A stretch of 64,000 nucleotides of DNA from the human T2T-CHM13v2.0 reference genome, Homo sapiens, in the NCBI RefSeq assembly GCF_009914755.1, contig NC_060941.1. One strand, given 5' to 3'. Of the stretch, positions 11,931 through 23,241 are shown in pieces; position 1 is the first letter of the stretch, and each line of letters begins with the position of its first letter. The notes beneath the pieces are model-generated. The model had not been told where the DNA came from. It searched no databases and worked only from the letters and a program-made list of their open reading frames with translations. The position numbers and the translations under genes were made by a program.

Positions 11931-14900
11931 AGGAAAGACAAAGGAAAGTTGTTGTCTTTCCTTTATTTTGAAGGAGAGTTTTAGCAAATATAAGTGTTCT
12001 TAATTAGAATTTTTTCTTTCAATACTTTGAATATGTTATCCCCTTTGGCCCTGGCCTGAAAGAAGAATTTGAGAATTGCGCTGATAGTTATGTGATGAGT
12101 AGATTTTCTCTTGCTGCTTTTAAAATTCACTTTTTCTCTTTGACTTTTGACAACTTTATTAAAATATGTCTTGGTGTAAGGTTCTTCATGTTCAATCTAC
12201 TTAAGGACTCTTGAACTTCATGATTCTGGATGTCCACCTCCCACCTCAAATTCAGCAAATTCTCAGTCAGTATTTCTCAAAATAAGCTTTCTATTCTTTC
12301 CTCTATTTCACCTTCTTGTATCCACATAACGCATATATTGCTTTATTTGATGATGTTTCATAAGTCTCATAGATTTTTTTTACTCTTTATCTTTTGCTAT
12401 TTTTTTTTTTGTTTTTTGCACCTCTGTCAGGATAATTTCAAGATAGCTGTTTCCCACTTTGCCATTTCCTCTTCATGACTGAACCTGCTGTTAAAACTCT
12501 CTATTAAATTTTTCAGTTTAGTCATTATATTCTTCAGCATTAACATTTCTGTGTTTATTTTTATCGCTTCTATTTATTACTGTAACTTCTGATTTTCTTT
12601 ATGTATTGCTTTCCTAATTTTGTTTAGTTGTCTATACTTGTTCCCATATAGTTCACTGAGCTTAGTATCTAAAATAATTACTTCCAATTTTTAAAAGCAC
12701 ATTGTCAATTCCTATTTCTTTGGGGTCTGCTATTGAAGCTTTTTTGCTTTACTTAAATTGTGTGATATTTTCCTGATTCTTCATGATTATTGTGGCCTTG
12801 TGCTGGTATACATATTTTTGAGAAGGTGGTCACTTTTTCTAGTCTTTACAGGTTGGCTTCAGCAGGAAAAGTTCTTCACCATTAAGTGTGGCCTGGTGTT
12901 CTTGTTCGGTCAGGTGGTTGAGCCTGTTGATGGATTTGGCTGACTGGCGGTGCTTCAGGGTCAGAAATGTCTGCTGGTTTTAATCCCTCTGATTTGGTAG
13001 CTTTGTTGGGTGAGGCCACTTGAAGCACTGTGGGGCACATTGAGATTTGCATGTACCAGTCACTGAGTGTTTCACCCCATTTCTTTGGTGCTAGTTATCT
13101 TCATGTGGTCTAAGTATTAAAATTCTTCCAGCGTTTGTTTTGAGGCAAAGCAGAAGTTTGTCCATCAGGCAGCACTCCCCAGATAGACATTGAATATCCA
13201 CTTTGATCTACTTTTCTCCCACTGGAAAAATAATGGGCTGAGGGTATACTTCTCAGCACAGTATTGTTCTGGATATGGAAGTGGTAAAGCAAACAAAGTA
13301 AAATCATTCCTCTTATCCTTTTTAATGAGTCTGTCTTTGCTTTTGAGCTCTTTTTGGGTTTTGCAATCTCACAGTGGTATTTGGAGTTCTCACAAAAGCA
13401 TTCTTTCCTGTGGGTAGTTGCCAAATAGATGTCTCTTTGAGGGAAACAGGGCTGGGAACCTACTATTCCACCATCTTACCAGACTCCCTCTACATCCAAC
13501 CACTTCCATCTCTCAATCTCTCAGTAATTTGTAAAATAGGAAAATACAAACATGTCTAGAAATCATTACTAAAACTAACAGATGAGTTGAGTGAAGCCAC
13601 AGTATATAAGCCAAATGTGTAAAAAAGTCAATGTGTATTTTTATAGACTGGCAGTGAAAATCAAACCTTACCCTGAAAAACCTGAAGGAAATACCGAGGA
13701 AAATTAAAGAATACCTACATAAATAGAGCTATCATGTTCACATGTCAGAATATTCAATATAATTAATATGTAAATTTTCCCCAAATTAATACGCAGCATC
13801 AACACAATTCAGTAAAATTTCAACAAAGGGCTTTGTAAAATTTGATAAACCAATTCTTAAAGTACTTTGAAAATATAAATAATCTAAATTAGTGAAAACA
13901 ATAATGAAAAACAGTCACATTTAGAGACATATCTGAAATAAATACTATAAAGCTACAGTATTCACAACAGTGTGTTGTTACTTGAGGAAATAATTATAAA
14001 TAATTGTAATGATATAGGAAGCTCAGATTATATATATATACACACACATATAAACACACACATATATGTGTGTATATAGATGTATATATTTACACACATA
14101 TATAATTTTTTATTAAGGAATGCATGAAGGCAATTCAAAGGGAAGAATAGAAATTTACATAAATATTCTCGGAGAAGTTGAATACCCATATGTAAATATG
14201 TGAACATTGATTAATCAAAGTACATCTGAAAAATTAACTTCAAATGAATTTGAGATGTAAGTGTAATAGATAAAAGTATATATTTTGTATGAATAAAGCA
14301 TAGGAGAAATTTATTGTGACCCTGGGATAGGAAATGGTTTCTTAGATAGCCTACACATGCAGAAAACATAAAATAAAATGTATAAATTGAGTCTTCATGA
14401 GACACTGTTAAAAATAAATTGACAACCATAGCCTGAGAGAAATATTGAAATACATATATTTAATAAATGTTGGTGTTCAGATTTGTATATACATAAATCA
14501 TACAGCTCCGTTAAAAGAAGGCAAATGACCTGACAAACATTAATGGGCAAGGTCCATTAGCTGCTGATGGGTAAACACATTGCGGCGTGCCCATATGATG
14601 GACTATTTCTCAGCAATAACAAGTAAGAAATTAATGATATGTACAACTTGGATGATTTCAAAGGAATTATTATGAATTAACAGAAGACACTAAAGACTAC
14701 ATAAATGTTAAAATCGCAATTATGTGAAATTTTTCAAAAGGCAAATACAGTAGCTAAAATATAATAGTTTTGTCATGGGCATCATGTATAAGGAGAGAAT
14801 TTAATGAAAAGGACCAGATTGAGCTTTTCATGGTCATGGGAATGTTCTACAACATGTTTGTGGTAGTGATTATACAGTCACATGCATTTTGAAATGAAAA

Positions 14901-15249
14901 TGTATAAAATTTTACAAATTATTCATTTATAATTGATGAATTTTAAAGAATGTAAATTGAACCTCAATAAAATTATTTCAAATTATGCTATGGAAGAATG
15001 TGTGGGACAATTGGAGCATGCTCAAAACATAGTGAATGTCTGCAATCATTTAGAAAAACTGTATTTTAGTATTTATTTAAGCCAAACAGATGCTCTCCCT
15101 GTGACTAAGCAATGTTCCTGTAAATATATATACCACAGAAATGTATCCTTATAATCATGGCACCTTTCTTTATAATGGCTAAAACAGGGAATGTATCCAA
15201 ATGTTTGTCAACAGTAGAATGAATAAATTCTAAAATATTTGGAAAGAAA
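11930..15249. mobile_element. Fragmented ancient L1 (L1M-type) sequence, mostly forming the ~3.2 kb spacer of the inverted repeat
   Basis: About 11930-13000 is T-rich and resembles antisense L1M ORF1/5' sequence. About 13510-15240 is A-rich and resembles sense L1MC/ME ORF2/3' sequence (AAATACTATAAAGCTACAGTA, GGAGAAATTTATTGTGACCCTGGG, GTATCCAAATGTTTGTCAACAGTAGAATGAATAAA). Highly diverged. Confidence 0.5.
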
Positions 15250-18200
15250 GCTCTCAGGACAGGGCAGAGTGGGATAACATATTCAAAGTATTGAAAGAAA
15301 AAATTCTAATTAAGAACACTTATATTTGCTAAAACTCTCCTTCAAAATAAAGGAAAGACAAAAACATTCCTTTATCTCTCCTTTGACTTCAATTTATACT
15401 GCAAGGATACAGTAACAAAAACAGCATTTTGCTGGTATAAAAATAAACACATAGTTCAATGGTACAGAATGGGGAATCTAGATATATAGCCAAACAATAA
15501 CAACCTTTGACAAATCAGACAAAAACAAACACATACATAATAAATGGTGCTGGAAAATTGGGTGGCCACATGTAGAAGAATGAAACTCACCATATCCAAA
15601 GATTAACTCCTGGTAGATTAGAGACTAAATCTAAGACCTGAGACAGTAAAATTCTAGAAGAGAAACCTAATAAAAAACTCACAATAAATCACAGAGGAAA
15701 CAGACATTATATAGAATGTGAAATAAATTCCAAACTATACTTACGATTAAGCAGTAATATGCAGACTCTGCAGGGAACTCAAAAAAATCGGCAAGAAAAA
15801 AGAATCATTAAAAAATGGGGAAACTGCCCTTTAACTTTGGCTTTTATTAAAAGGAAGGCCTGAAAAGACCTCAAATTTTTATCAGTATTTAGATAAGGGA
15901 GATATATTTTAATGAAAATAAATGCAAAATAATATATTTGAAGAATGGTATGTCTACATATGCTTGTATACATACATGTATGTACATACATAAACACATA
16001 CAATGGAATGATACTTAGTCATACAACAGAATAAAATGCTGTCGTTACTGTCAACATGGATGATCCTGGAGGATATATTAAGTGAAATAAGCCAGGCACA
16101 GAAAGAAAAATGCTGCATTATTTCATGCATATGAGGGATCTAAACAAGTTGGTCTCATAGAAGTAGAGAGCAGAATGGTGGTTACCAGAGGCTGGAGTGG
16201 TTAGAGAGGGGAACAGGATGGGGAGATGTTGGTCAGAGGTCACGTAATTAAAATTAGATAGATAAAGTAAATTTCAAGAAATCTATCGTATAGCAAAGTG
16301 GCTACAGTTACTGGTGATATATTGCATTCTAGAAAATTGCAACGATAGTGGATGTGTTCTCACAATGAAAATGATAACTATGTTAAATAATGCCTCTGTT
16401 ATTAGCTAGATTTAGATTTAACCATTCAACAATCTATATGTGGAATGTTCAAAACATCATGCTGTATGTAATAAAAATCATCCAATGTCATCTTAAATTT
16501 TAAGAAGTCAAATAGCATGCTTAGAAAAAATATTATTCAAGCTAGCATTGAATATATAGCTAACTATCTTTCTTGGTAAGGAGTATTAAAATAACTTCAA
16601 AAGTAATAACACAGAGATTTCATTACCAAGAGTAGCTACATAAGAGTACACTTCAAGAAGAAAAAGTGTCTTCCTGTGTAAAGGTAAAATGAGAACAAAG
16701 GAGTGAGAGACATACCTTGGGAATATCAAATCCTGGTGGACACTGAACTGAAGGAACCACATAATTCTTGCACCAGAGCAGAAGTGTGACATGATCTGAC
16801 CTAGTATTGAGTTGCAATTAGACGTCAGGAGTCAAGGATGGAAGCAGAGACCAAGTATGGGGAGAGAGGGGATGGGGACTCAGACCAGGTGATGAGCAGC
16901 CATGGGGTGGGGGGGTGAGAAGCAACTGAATTCTTGTTTCTCAAATGTGGGGCCCACAGGATGTGGGTGTGAGAGGGTGAGGGGGGTGGTCTGGATAGCT
17001 AACTGGAAGGATGGAGGTGCTGTGGGGGGAGCAAGTCCAGGGAGAAGGATGCAGTGTGAACAGCCTGTGCGCAGCACTTAGAGCTTCCCCTCCAGCCGTG
17101 TGTCAGGGGAAGCTTGCCTCTATGCCTTTGCACGTGCCAGTCTGGGTGCCCAGAAGACTTCTCCTGCCCTGGCAGAAAAACTCCAACTGCCTTCTCAAGG
17201 GTCCCAACTGTGATTCTGTCCCTGTACTCCCACACCTATCTATCCCTCTTTGCTTCGTGCACATGCTGGACCTCACACATGTTGCACAGCCTTTACTGTA
17301 TTGTGTCCCAGAAAGCGCCCCAGAATTCAGGATGGAGCGCCATGAGTTCCTCATGCTGGTGGTTATCAGAATGCCTGCACCTCAGTGATCCCCACACAAC
17401 AGGGGCTCACCCTTTGACTGGCTGGGGGCCTGTTGGACTCCTTGCTCTACTGTTCACAGGTCTGGCCGCCCTAGGCCGCTCACCCCTCCCCGACGGACCT
17501 CAGTCTCTGCACCTGTTAAATGGGTGTGCTCTTTCTCCTCCCCACGTCTGAGGGTCCTATGCGGAGGGCACCAGGCCCAGGATCCTGAAAACCGCGGGCA
17601 GTGCGCCCTCTGCTGGGAGGTGACGGGGTCTTCGCCCACACCCTTTCCGTGCCCCAGTTGGTGCTGGGGGAAGGCAAAGCCAGAGGGAGGCGGAGGGGCT
17701 TCCGGTGACTGTCCACTTCCTGGAAAGTGGATTCATTTTCCTGTTAATGCTCACCTTGACTGTGGAAGAGGCCAGTGTAGACCATTTTACTGAGCACCTG
17801 CTAGTTTCTTGTTACTGAAGTGTTACCCGCTATAACTCCTATTTGTTTAAAAGAAATAAGCGACTCAGAGCGCGGGGTGTGAATACTGGAGAGGAAGGGA
17901 AAGGTGGGCTGGGCATGTACCGGCGAGGCAAGGGGGGAGTCTCAGGAGTGGCTGAAGTCCTGATCTGCCTACACTGCATACAGTGCGGCTGGGGTTGAGT
18001 TGGTCTCCGTCCCCGCTCAGTTTGGGAGAATCTTGACCAGACCCTGCCACCCGAGGGCTTTGATTCCTGGTCTATGAATGGGGGTGGCACCCCCAGCCCT
18101 CCCCTTGCTGGTCTGAAGCACCCCCTCCCACAGGCTGTGACAGATTCTGACCGCGGCCAGAAGGGGGCGCGCGAGGCTGCCGCTGGCCGCAACACAGAGC

Positions 18201-19618
18201 TGCATTCTGGCAGCCCAGGCTCTAGCACCAGACTGGCTGAGGTCTCTGCGGCTCTTCGTCTCCTTTTCGGGGGGCGGAGTGAGCGGAACCTTGTACTTCA
18301 GGCTCAGCAGCCCCAGGAGCTGGAGCCTGAGGAGCTGCTGGGGTCCTGCCCAGCGCTGACCGGCCTGGCAGCGGGTCCCAGTGCGACCGGTGAGGGGAGG
18401 GTGCTTGGGCTCCTGGTGGCCAGCGGCACCTGCTTCCTGGGCCACTGGTTCTGGCGAGTTCTGGGGGCGCCTGGGGGAGGCTTCGCGGGACTGTAGGGGC
18501 CCCAGGCGGGGAGGGCTGTGCTGGGCGCTGAGGGATCCGGGCTCCCTAGTGGACCTCCTGCAAGCTTCGGCTCTGCCACCTGCCACTTGCACTCCCGGTT
18601 TTCCTCTCCAGAACTGGAGGAATTAATCCCAGCTCTGTTAAACTCCGGGACGGTTCTTCTTCGTGATACAGAAAAGTCAGGAAAAGGGGAATTGGATGTG
18701 CAACAGACTCCAAGTGAATTCGGATCCTTTCACTCCGGATTCTGTTGGGGTCATGGGGGTGATTCTTGTGATGAAGACATGGAAGCCAGTGCTCAGGAGC
18801 TGGGAGATGAAACGTGGCCTGCTGAGAGAACTGCAGTGACTGAGAGCAAAGCGAGGTTAAGGCGCACAGCAGTTTCAGGAGCTGCAGATAATTGCTCTGG
18901 AGGTTTTGGTTCTGTGTTTACTGTGTGAAGAGGCAGGATGGATGCATGCACCGCATTAGGTGATCAGAAAAGCCTTAGGCCAATTCTACAGTGAGCAAAG
19001 CGCTCTGAGAGGAGCACAGGCTCTACTGCAGTGCCTGGACGTCTTCCTCATGCAGTTCCGTGTTTCTCTGCCTGGGCAGAAGATGGTGCTATGCTTACTC
19101 AGGATGAATACTGTCATAGTGGAAGTTTAGCTATGCTGCAGTGAAAACTGCAGAATCATGAGTTACTTCAAAGAAGCAGAGTTGAAGGGTCTCCTTTTGC
19201 AAGGTAGCTGGGGTTTGACCTATATTCATTCAATGTCTTTGGTTCACAGGGATATAAAATCTAGTACTGTTTTTACTTCTCGAGTCTCAATACCAGATGC
19301 TGCCTCTGAAGAAGAGGAAGATGACTGGGGATCCAACCAAATTATGTTAAACACAGGTGATCTTGGACTTGTAACAAGCATCTCTAGTCCACAGTTTGAA
19401 GAGGGTGATAGGTGTTTTCCTGCAAATGAAGTTTTACAGGAGAATTATACCCATCTACCCAAAGAGATGTGTTCCTGCTGCTGAACCTCTTCCCAGAAAT
19501 AGAGACCAGTGCATGAATTCACACAGGCCAGGTTACCCTGATACCACAAGGGCTTTCCCAAAAGTTTACAGAGTTGATAAAAGTTATGATTCCTCCAGAT
19601 CCAGAGAGAAGACCTTCA
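15250..19618 (+). repeat. Right arm of the inverted duplication
   Basis: Reverse complement of 7520-12062. It lacks ~120 bp present in the left arm at ~11498-11616. The outer end is set by where the left WEE1 copy is truncated (CTTCA 19614-19618 corresponds to TGAAG 7520-7524). Confidence 0.95.
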
Positions 19619-21347
19619 AGCAATGGCCCTGGTAAGCATTCGGTACTGCTGTCTGCTTCTAGAAAGAGAGAAGAACAGTAACAAATAGAATCGAAGCCTG
19701 GAAAGTTCAAAAATTTGCTTTTAGAAGGATAACTCAAGGAAGCACAGATGGCAGAGGCTGCAGCTGAAGCAGAGCGCTCTGCTGGCGGGACAGCCATCGT
19801 GTCCAGCACCCAGAGTAATGGGCCATTCAGCCTAGTGGAAGGCACATGAGCTGCTCCATCAACCTTCCTGCATACTCACCTACTCATGTCCCACCTCTTC
19901 TAGAAACTGTGACAAAAGGGAGCTAGGTTGAAATCACTGCTGGAATCCCGTTTGTAATGACTTTCACTCTTGGTGTCAGTAGTTTTACTGCTTGGGACTT
20001 TTATTTGTGAATTACAGTTGAAAGCTGCATTTTTACCTATGTCAGGCTTTCATCTGGCCTTACCAGTCTTTCCTCTGTAGGATGGCAGTCACTGTTGGAT
20101 ATTACACCATCCTGTCCAGGGCTAGCCACTGTGGTGGTGTGCTGCTTATAGCTTGCTCTTGTATTGTAATAAAAGATATCTTTCCCTGTCGTGATTTGTA
20201 AGAAGAACTCAAGGGCATTGTTACAAAAATATTCTCCCTTCAAAAAGAGAAAAGCTAAAAGACTCATTACTACTCAGACTTCAATACACCTGTGTGTCAA
20301 TCTTATATTTCTTTTTTTATACAAAACTGTAAAATATACTTTTAGGTCCAAAAGTATACTTTTAGTGCTTTGTAAGCATTGCGTGAAGCCTGATATGATA
20401 ATTCCATGGAAGCATTGCCTTGGGAATTTGCTGTCTTTGCTGTAAGCTTGTAGCATTAAACAAACATTGTAGTTAATAGGCTTTCTCTTTGAAACAATTA
20501 TGTGAAATGTACAGCTGTTCTTGAGGAACTTTGAAGCTAGTTCATTGAAAAATGCTCCTTTCCCTTCCCTTGTAATGCTATATTAATGAAGTATAATAAT
20601 TACTGGTTTTGTAATTTTTTTTCTGGTAATGTTCTTCTCTGACTCTTTAAAAATGTCCCTTCCCTCCTCCCAAGTTTTATACTAGACTGTGGTTAGTCTG
20701 ATTCTAAATGTTTTACTTAGTTTATCCTCAATATTCATGTATATAAATTGATCCTGGTGATCCTGTACATGGCTGTTTGCAATGCCAGAATGATTTCTGA
20801 CATTCCAGGTTTTTCACAAAATATATTTTATTTGTGATTAGTCACTTGACTAATAATATCAGCTAAAAGATGTCACAAAAAATAAAATAAAAAAAGTGGC
20901 TGGGCTCAGTGGTTCACACCTGTAATCCCAGGACTTTGGGAGGCTGAGGGAGGTGGATCACGAGGTCAGGAGATGCAGACCATCCTGGCTAACACGGGGA
21001 AACCCCATCTCTACTATAATACAAAAAATTAGCCGGGCGTGGTTGCAGGCGCCTGTAGTCCCAGCTGTTCATGAGGCTGAGGCAGGAGAATGGTGTGAAC
21101 CCAGGAGGCAGAACTTGCAGTGATCGGAGATCGCGTCACTGCACTCCAGCCTGGGCGACAGAGCGAGACTCTGTCTCAAAAATAAAATAAAATAAAATAA
21201 AATAAAATATAAAATTAAAAAGAATTTGTGTCTTGTTTGTTTCCTCATTAATGTTGGTTGAAAGCATATTTGCACTTGTCTTTGACTTGCATTTTATTAA
21301 CATAGATTGGCATATTAAAAGTCCCTCTGAGTTTACCTTAATTGTCT
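18160..21347 (+). pseudogene. WEE1: WEE1 processed pseudogene, right copy (CDS-equivalent to ~19877 plus 3' UTR and poly-A remnant)
   Basis: Intronless matches: PQELEPEELLGSCP, RDTEKSGKGELDVQQTP, DSCDEDMEAS, MSYFKEAELK.LLLQ, YIHSMSLVHRDIK, GDLG.VTSISSPQ.EEGD, ANEVLQENYTHLPK, AAEPLPRN.DQ, followed by the C-terminal region. Multiple stops and frameshifts. An AT-rich UTR-like tail continues past the AluY to ATTAAA (~21313) and an A-run from 21348. The symbol given is that of the parent gene. Confidence 0.93.
20898..21221 (+). mobile_element. AluY inserted in the WEE1 pseudogene 3' UTR
   Basis: Dimeric Alu with AluY-type diagnostics (GATCACGAGGTCAGGAG, CATCCTGGCTAACACGG, GAATGGTGTGAACCC, CTTGCAGTG) and an (AAAAT)n tail. 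Confidence 0.92.
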
Positions 21348-21857
21348 AAAAAAATGTAAGAAAAAGGGCCTGTGGGAAGGACAACCAGGCAGAGGGGCTA
21401 GTGTGAGCACATGCTGGGCAGGAGGGAAGAGATAATGACGCGGACCAGGGAAATCCCCAAACCCAGCAAGTCAGGGAGCCAAATGAAAGCCTTTCATCCT
21501 GTATCGGCCACCTAACCCCATCGACACTCCAAGTGAGCATTCTCTTTTAGAGATACTCATTGCCCTGTTTTTTTTCTGTAATCTTGTAAAGGAATCTGAT
21601 TTCTCCCATTAGACTTTCACAGTACTAAAATTTCACATTAGAATGCTATTCTTTAGAAGGCACCTTCCTAGACTAGGCTGCAAGGAGACTGAGGAAGTTA
21701 CTGTCAGTCACTTAAACCCCACAGGGACATTAATTCAACAGAGCTTTGGTGGGGGAGTAGAGGAGCTCACTGCAGGCAGGTCTGGATGCTGCACAGAGTG
21801 TAAAGGGAGCAGAAAGACCCAGGACACCTAGGCCTGGAGATAGCTCCAATCCCGGGA

Positions 21858-22200
21858 GGTACTGTTATTATCCCCATTTTACAGAGGAGGAAACTGAGAC
21901 ACAGGCAGGTAATATGATCAAGACCACGCTGCCCCACAGTAGAGGAGCCAGGATCTAAACCCAGGCAGCCTGCCTTGCTATCAGAGCTCTCACCCATAAC
22001 CTCATGCTGCTGTTAAGCAGGATTGCCCTGTGGCCAGGGTCACAGCCTCTGGGTTCACATTCTAGCTGCTCTACCACTTCAAGGTGTGTGTCCTTGGGCA
22101 AGTTACTTGTCTGTGCTCAGTGTCCTCTATACAGTGGGTGTAGCAGTACCTGCCTCATGGAGTCCCTTAAGTGAGTTAATAGCTGTAACATGCTTAGAAT
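21858..22200. mobile_element. Two adjacent MIR fragments in opposite orientation
   Basis: MIR core ATTATCCCCATTTTACAGAGGAGGAAACTGAG (~21868) and the opposite-strand core GTGTGTCCTTGGGCAAGTTACTT (~22086). Further MIR-like cores occur near 9650, 23430-23830, 23940-24110 and 29415. Confidence 0.75.
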
Positions 22201-22794
22201 GGTGTCATGTCCATCATCACCATCCACTACATATAGGCCATCATACCTGAATCCCAGATGGACACATATCCTTGAAGGGTCTAAAATCCAGGATCCTGAA
22301 ATACCTGGAAGTGGTATCCTGAAATCCTCTGGCAGCATTCTAACATCTTTTGACTGCAGAATTGTACCCTGCTTCCCAGGGCTAGAAGGTGTGGGGTAAC
22401 CTGCTACCCAGTTCAGCCCCAAAGTAGGAAAAGAAAGTTTTGTCACAGGCTTGTCTGGGGCCCAGCCCCTGTAACCTCCCCCATCCCTCCTTTGCATGCT
22501 CCCTCACCCAGATTCACACATGCACTCCAGGTCTTCTGGGCCCAAAGGGAAGGAGAGAGGGTGGGGAGTGGGTTCACTGGTCCACTGGAGCATGCTGCCT
22601 CCAGCCCTGCTAAACTGGTGGGTCCAGGGAATGGGCCTGGAGCTGAAGGGGTCTTGATCTCCCTTTAACTTTAAGCCTTCATTTGCAGTGACCCAAGAGC
22701 TTCACTTCTTCCTGTGAGCCTGTCTGGATGTTTATGCTGGATGGCACGGGCCCCTTCTGGCAGGGCTGCAAAGGTCAGGGCCTGGCTGGCAGCC

Positions 22795-22979
22795 ATGGCA
22801 GGTGAGGAGACCTTGGCAGATGAGAAGACCTTCTGCTTCAGCTTCAATGTATGGGTCTTCTCCTAGCTCTCAGTACATTCCTCCTGAGCCATGATTGGCC
22901 CCAGTTCAATGACACCTTCTGCGGCAGCATCATGGTGTCCAGGGGTATAATCTGTAGCATGTGCCAGTGCTACCCCAAG
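22795..22979 (+). pseudogene. BSND: BSND (barttin) unprocessed pseudogene, exon 1
   Basis: GCCATGG start at 22795, then ADEKTF..F and, in a shifted frame, [33 protein letters not shown]. This matches barttin MADEKTFRIGF...LLALGTFLMSHDRPQ...[19 protein letters not shown]. It ends at AAG|GT (donor 22980-22981), and homology stops there. The ATG frame hits TAG after 23 codons. The symbol given is that of the parent gene. Confidence 0.9.
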
Positions 22980-23116
22980 GTATATGGTGGTGGGGCTGAG
23001 TGGAGCCAGAAGGGCTGGATCTTGTTCCTCTCTTCCGTGTATGAGCCCCATCCTTCAATCATCTTCTTGTTCTTTTCATTTTGACTCCCTGTTTTATTCT
23101 GTCTTCTCTTCTGAGT

Positions 23117-23241
23117 ATCCATCCATTCATTTATCCATTCATCCATCTATTCATCCCTCCATTCATTTCAGCATTAATCTATCAATCCATGCATCCATCC
23201 ATTTATTTATCCAACCACCCATCCATCTATCTGTCCATCAT
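23117..23241. repeat. (TCCA/TTCA)n simple repeat, probably expanded from an L2 tail
   Basis: CCATCCATTCATTTATCCATTCATCCATC... array followed by L2-like sequence. Confidence 0.8.

Larger units (their letters stand above)
7520..12062 (-). repeat. Left arm of a ~4.4-4.5 kb inverted duplication (partner 15250-19618)
   Basis: Reverse-complement match along the whole arm. Mirror ORF pairs include 9783..10160(-)/17011..17388(+), 10373..10594(+)/16586..16792(-) and 10094..10285(+)/16880..17077(-). At the inner end, TTTCAATACTTTGAATATGTTATCCC (~12017-12042) matches GGGATAACATATTCAAAGTATTGAAA (~15271-15296). Confidence 0.95.

Noticed and set aside
20877-20895. A-rich run as the poly-A tail of the WEE1 retrocopy
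   Set aside because: UTR-like sequence resumes after the AluY and ends with ATTAAA plus an A-run at ~21348. This A-tract is better read as the Alu target site.
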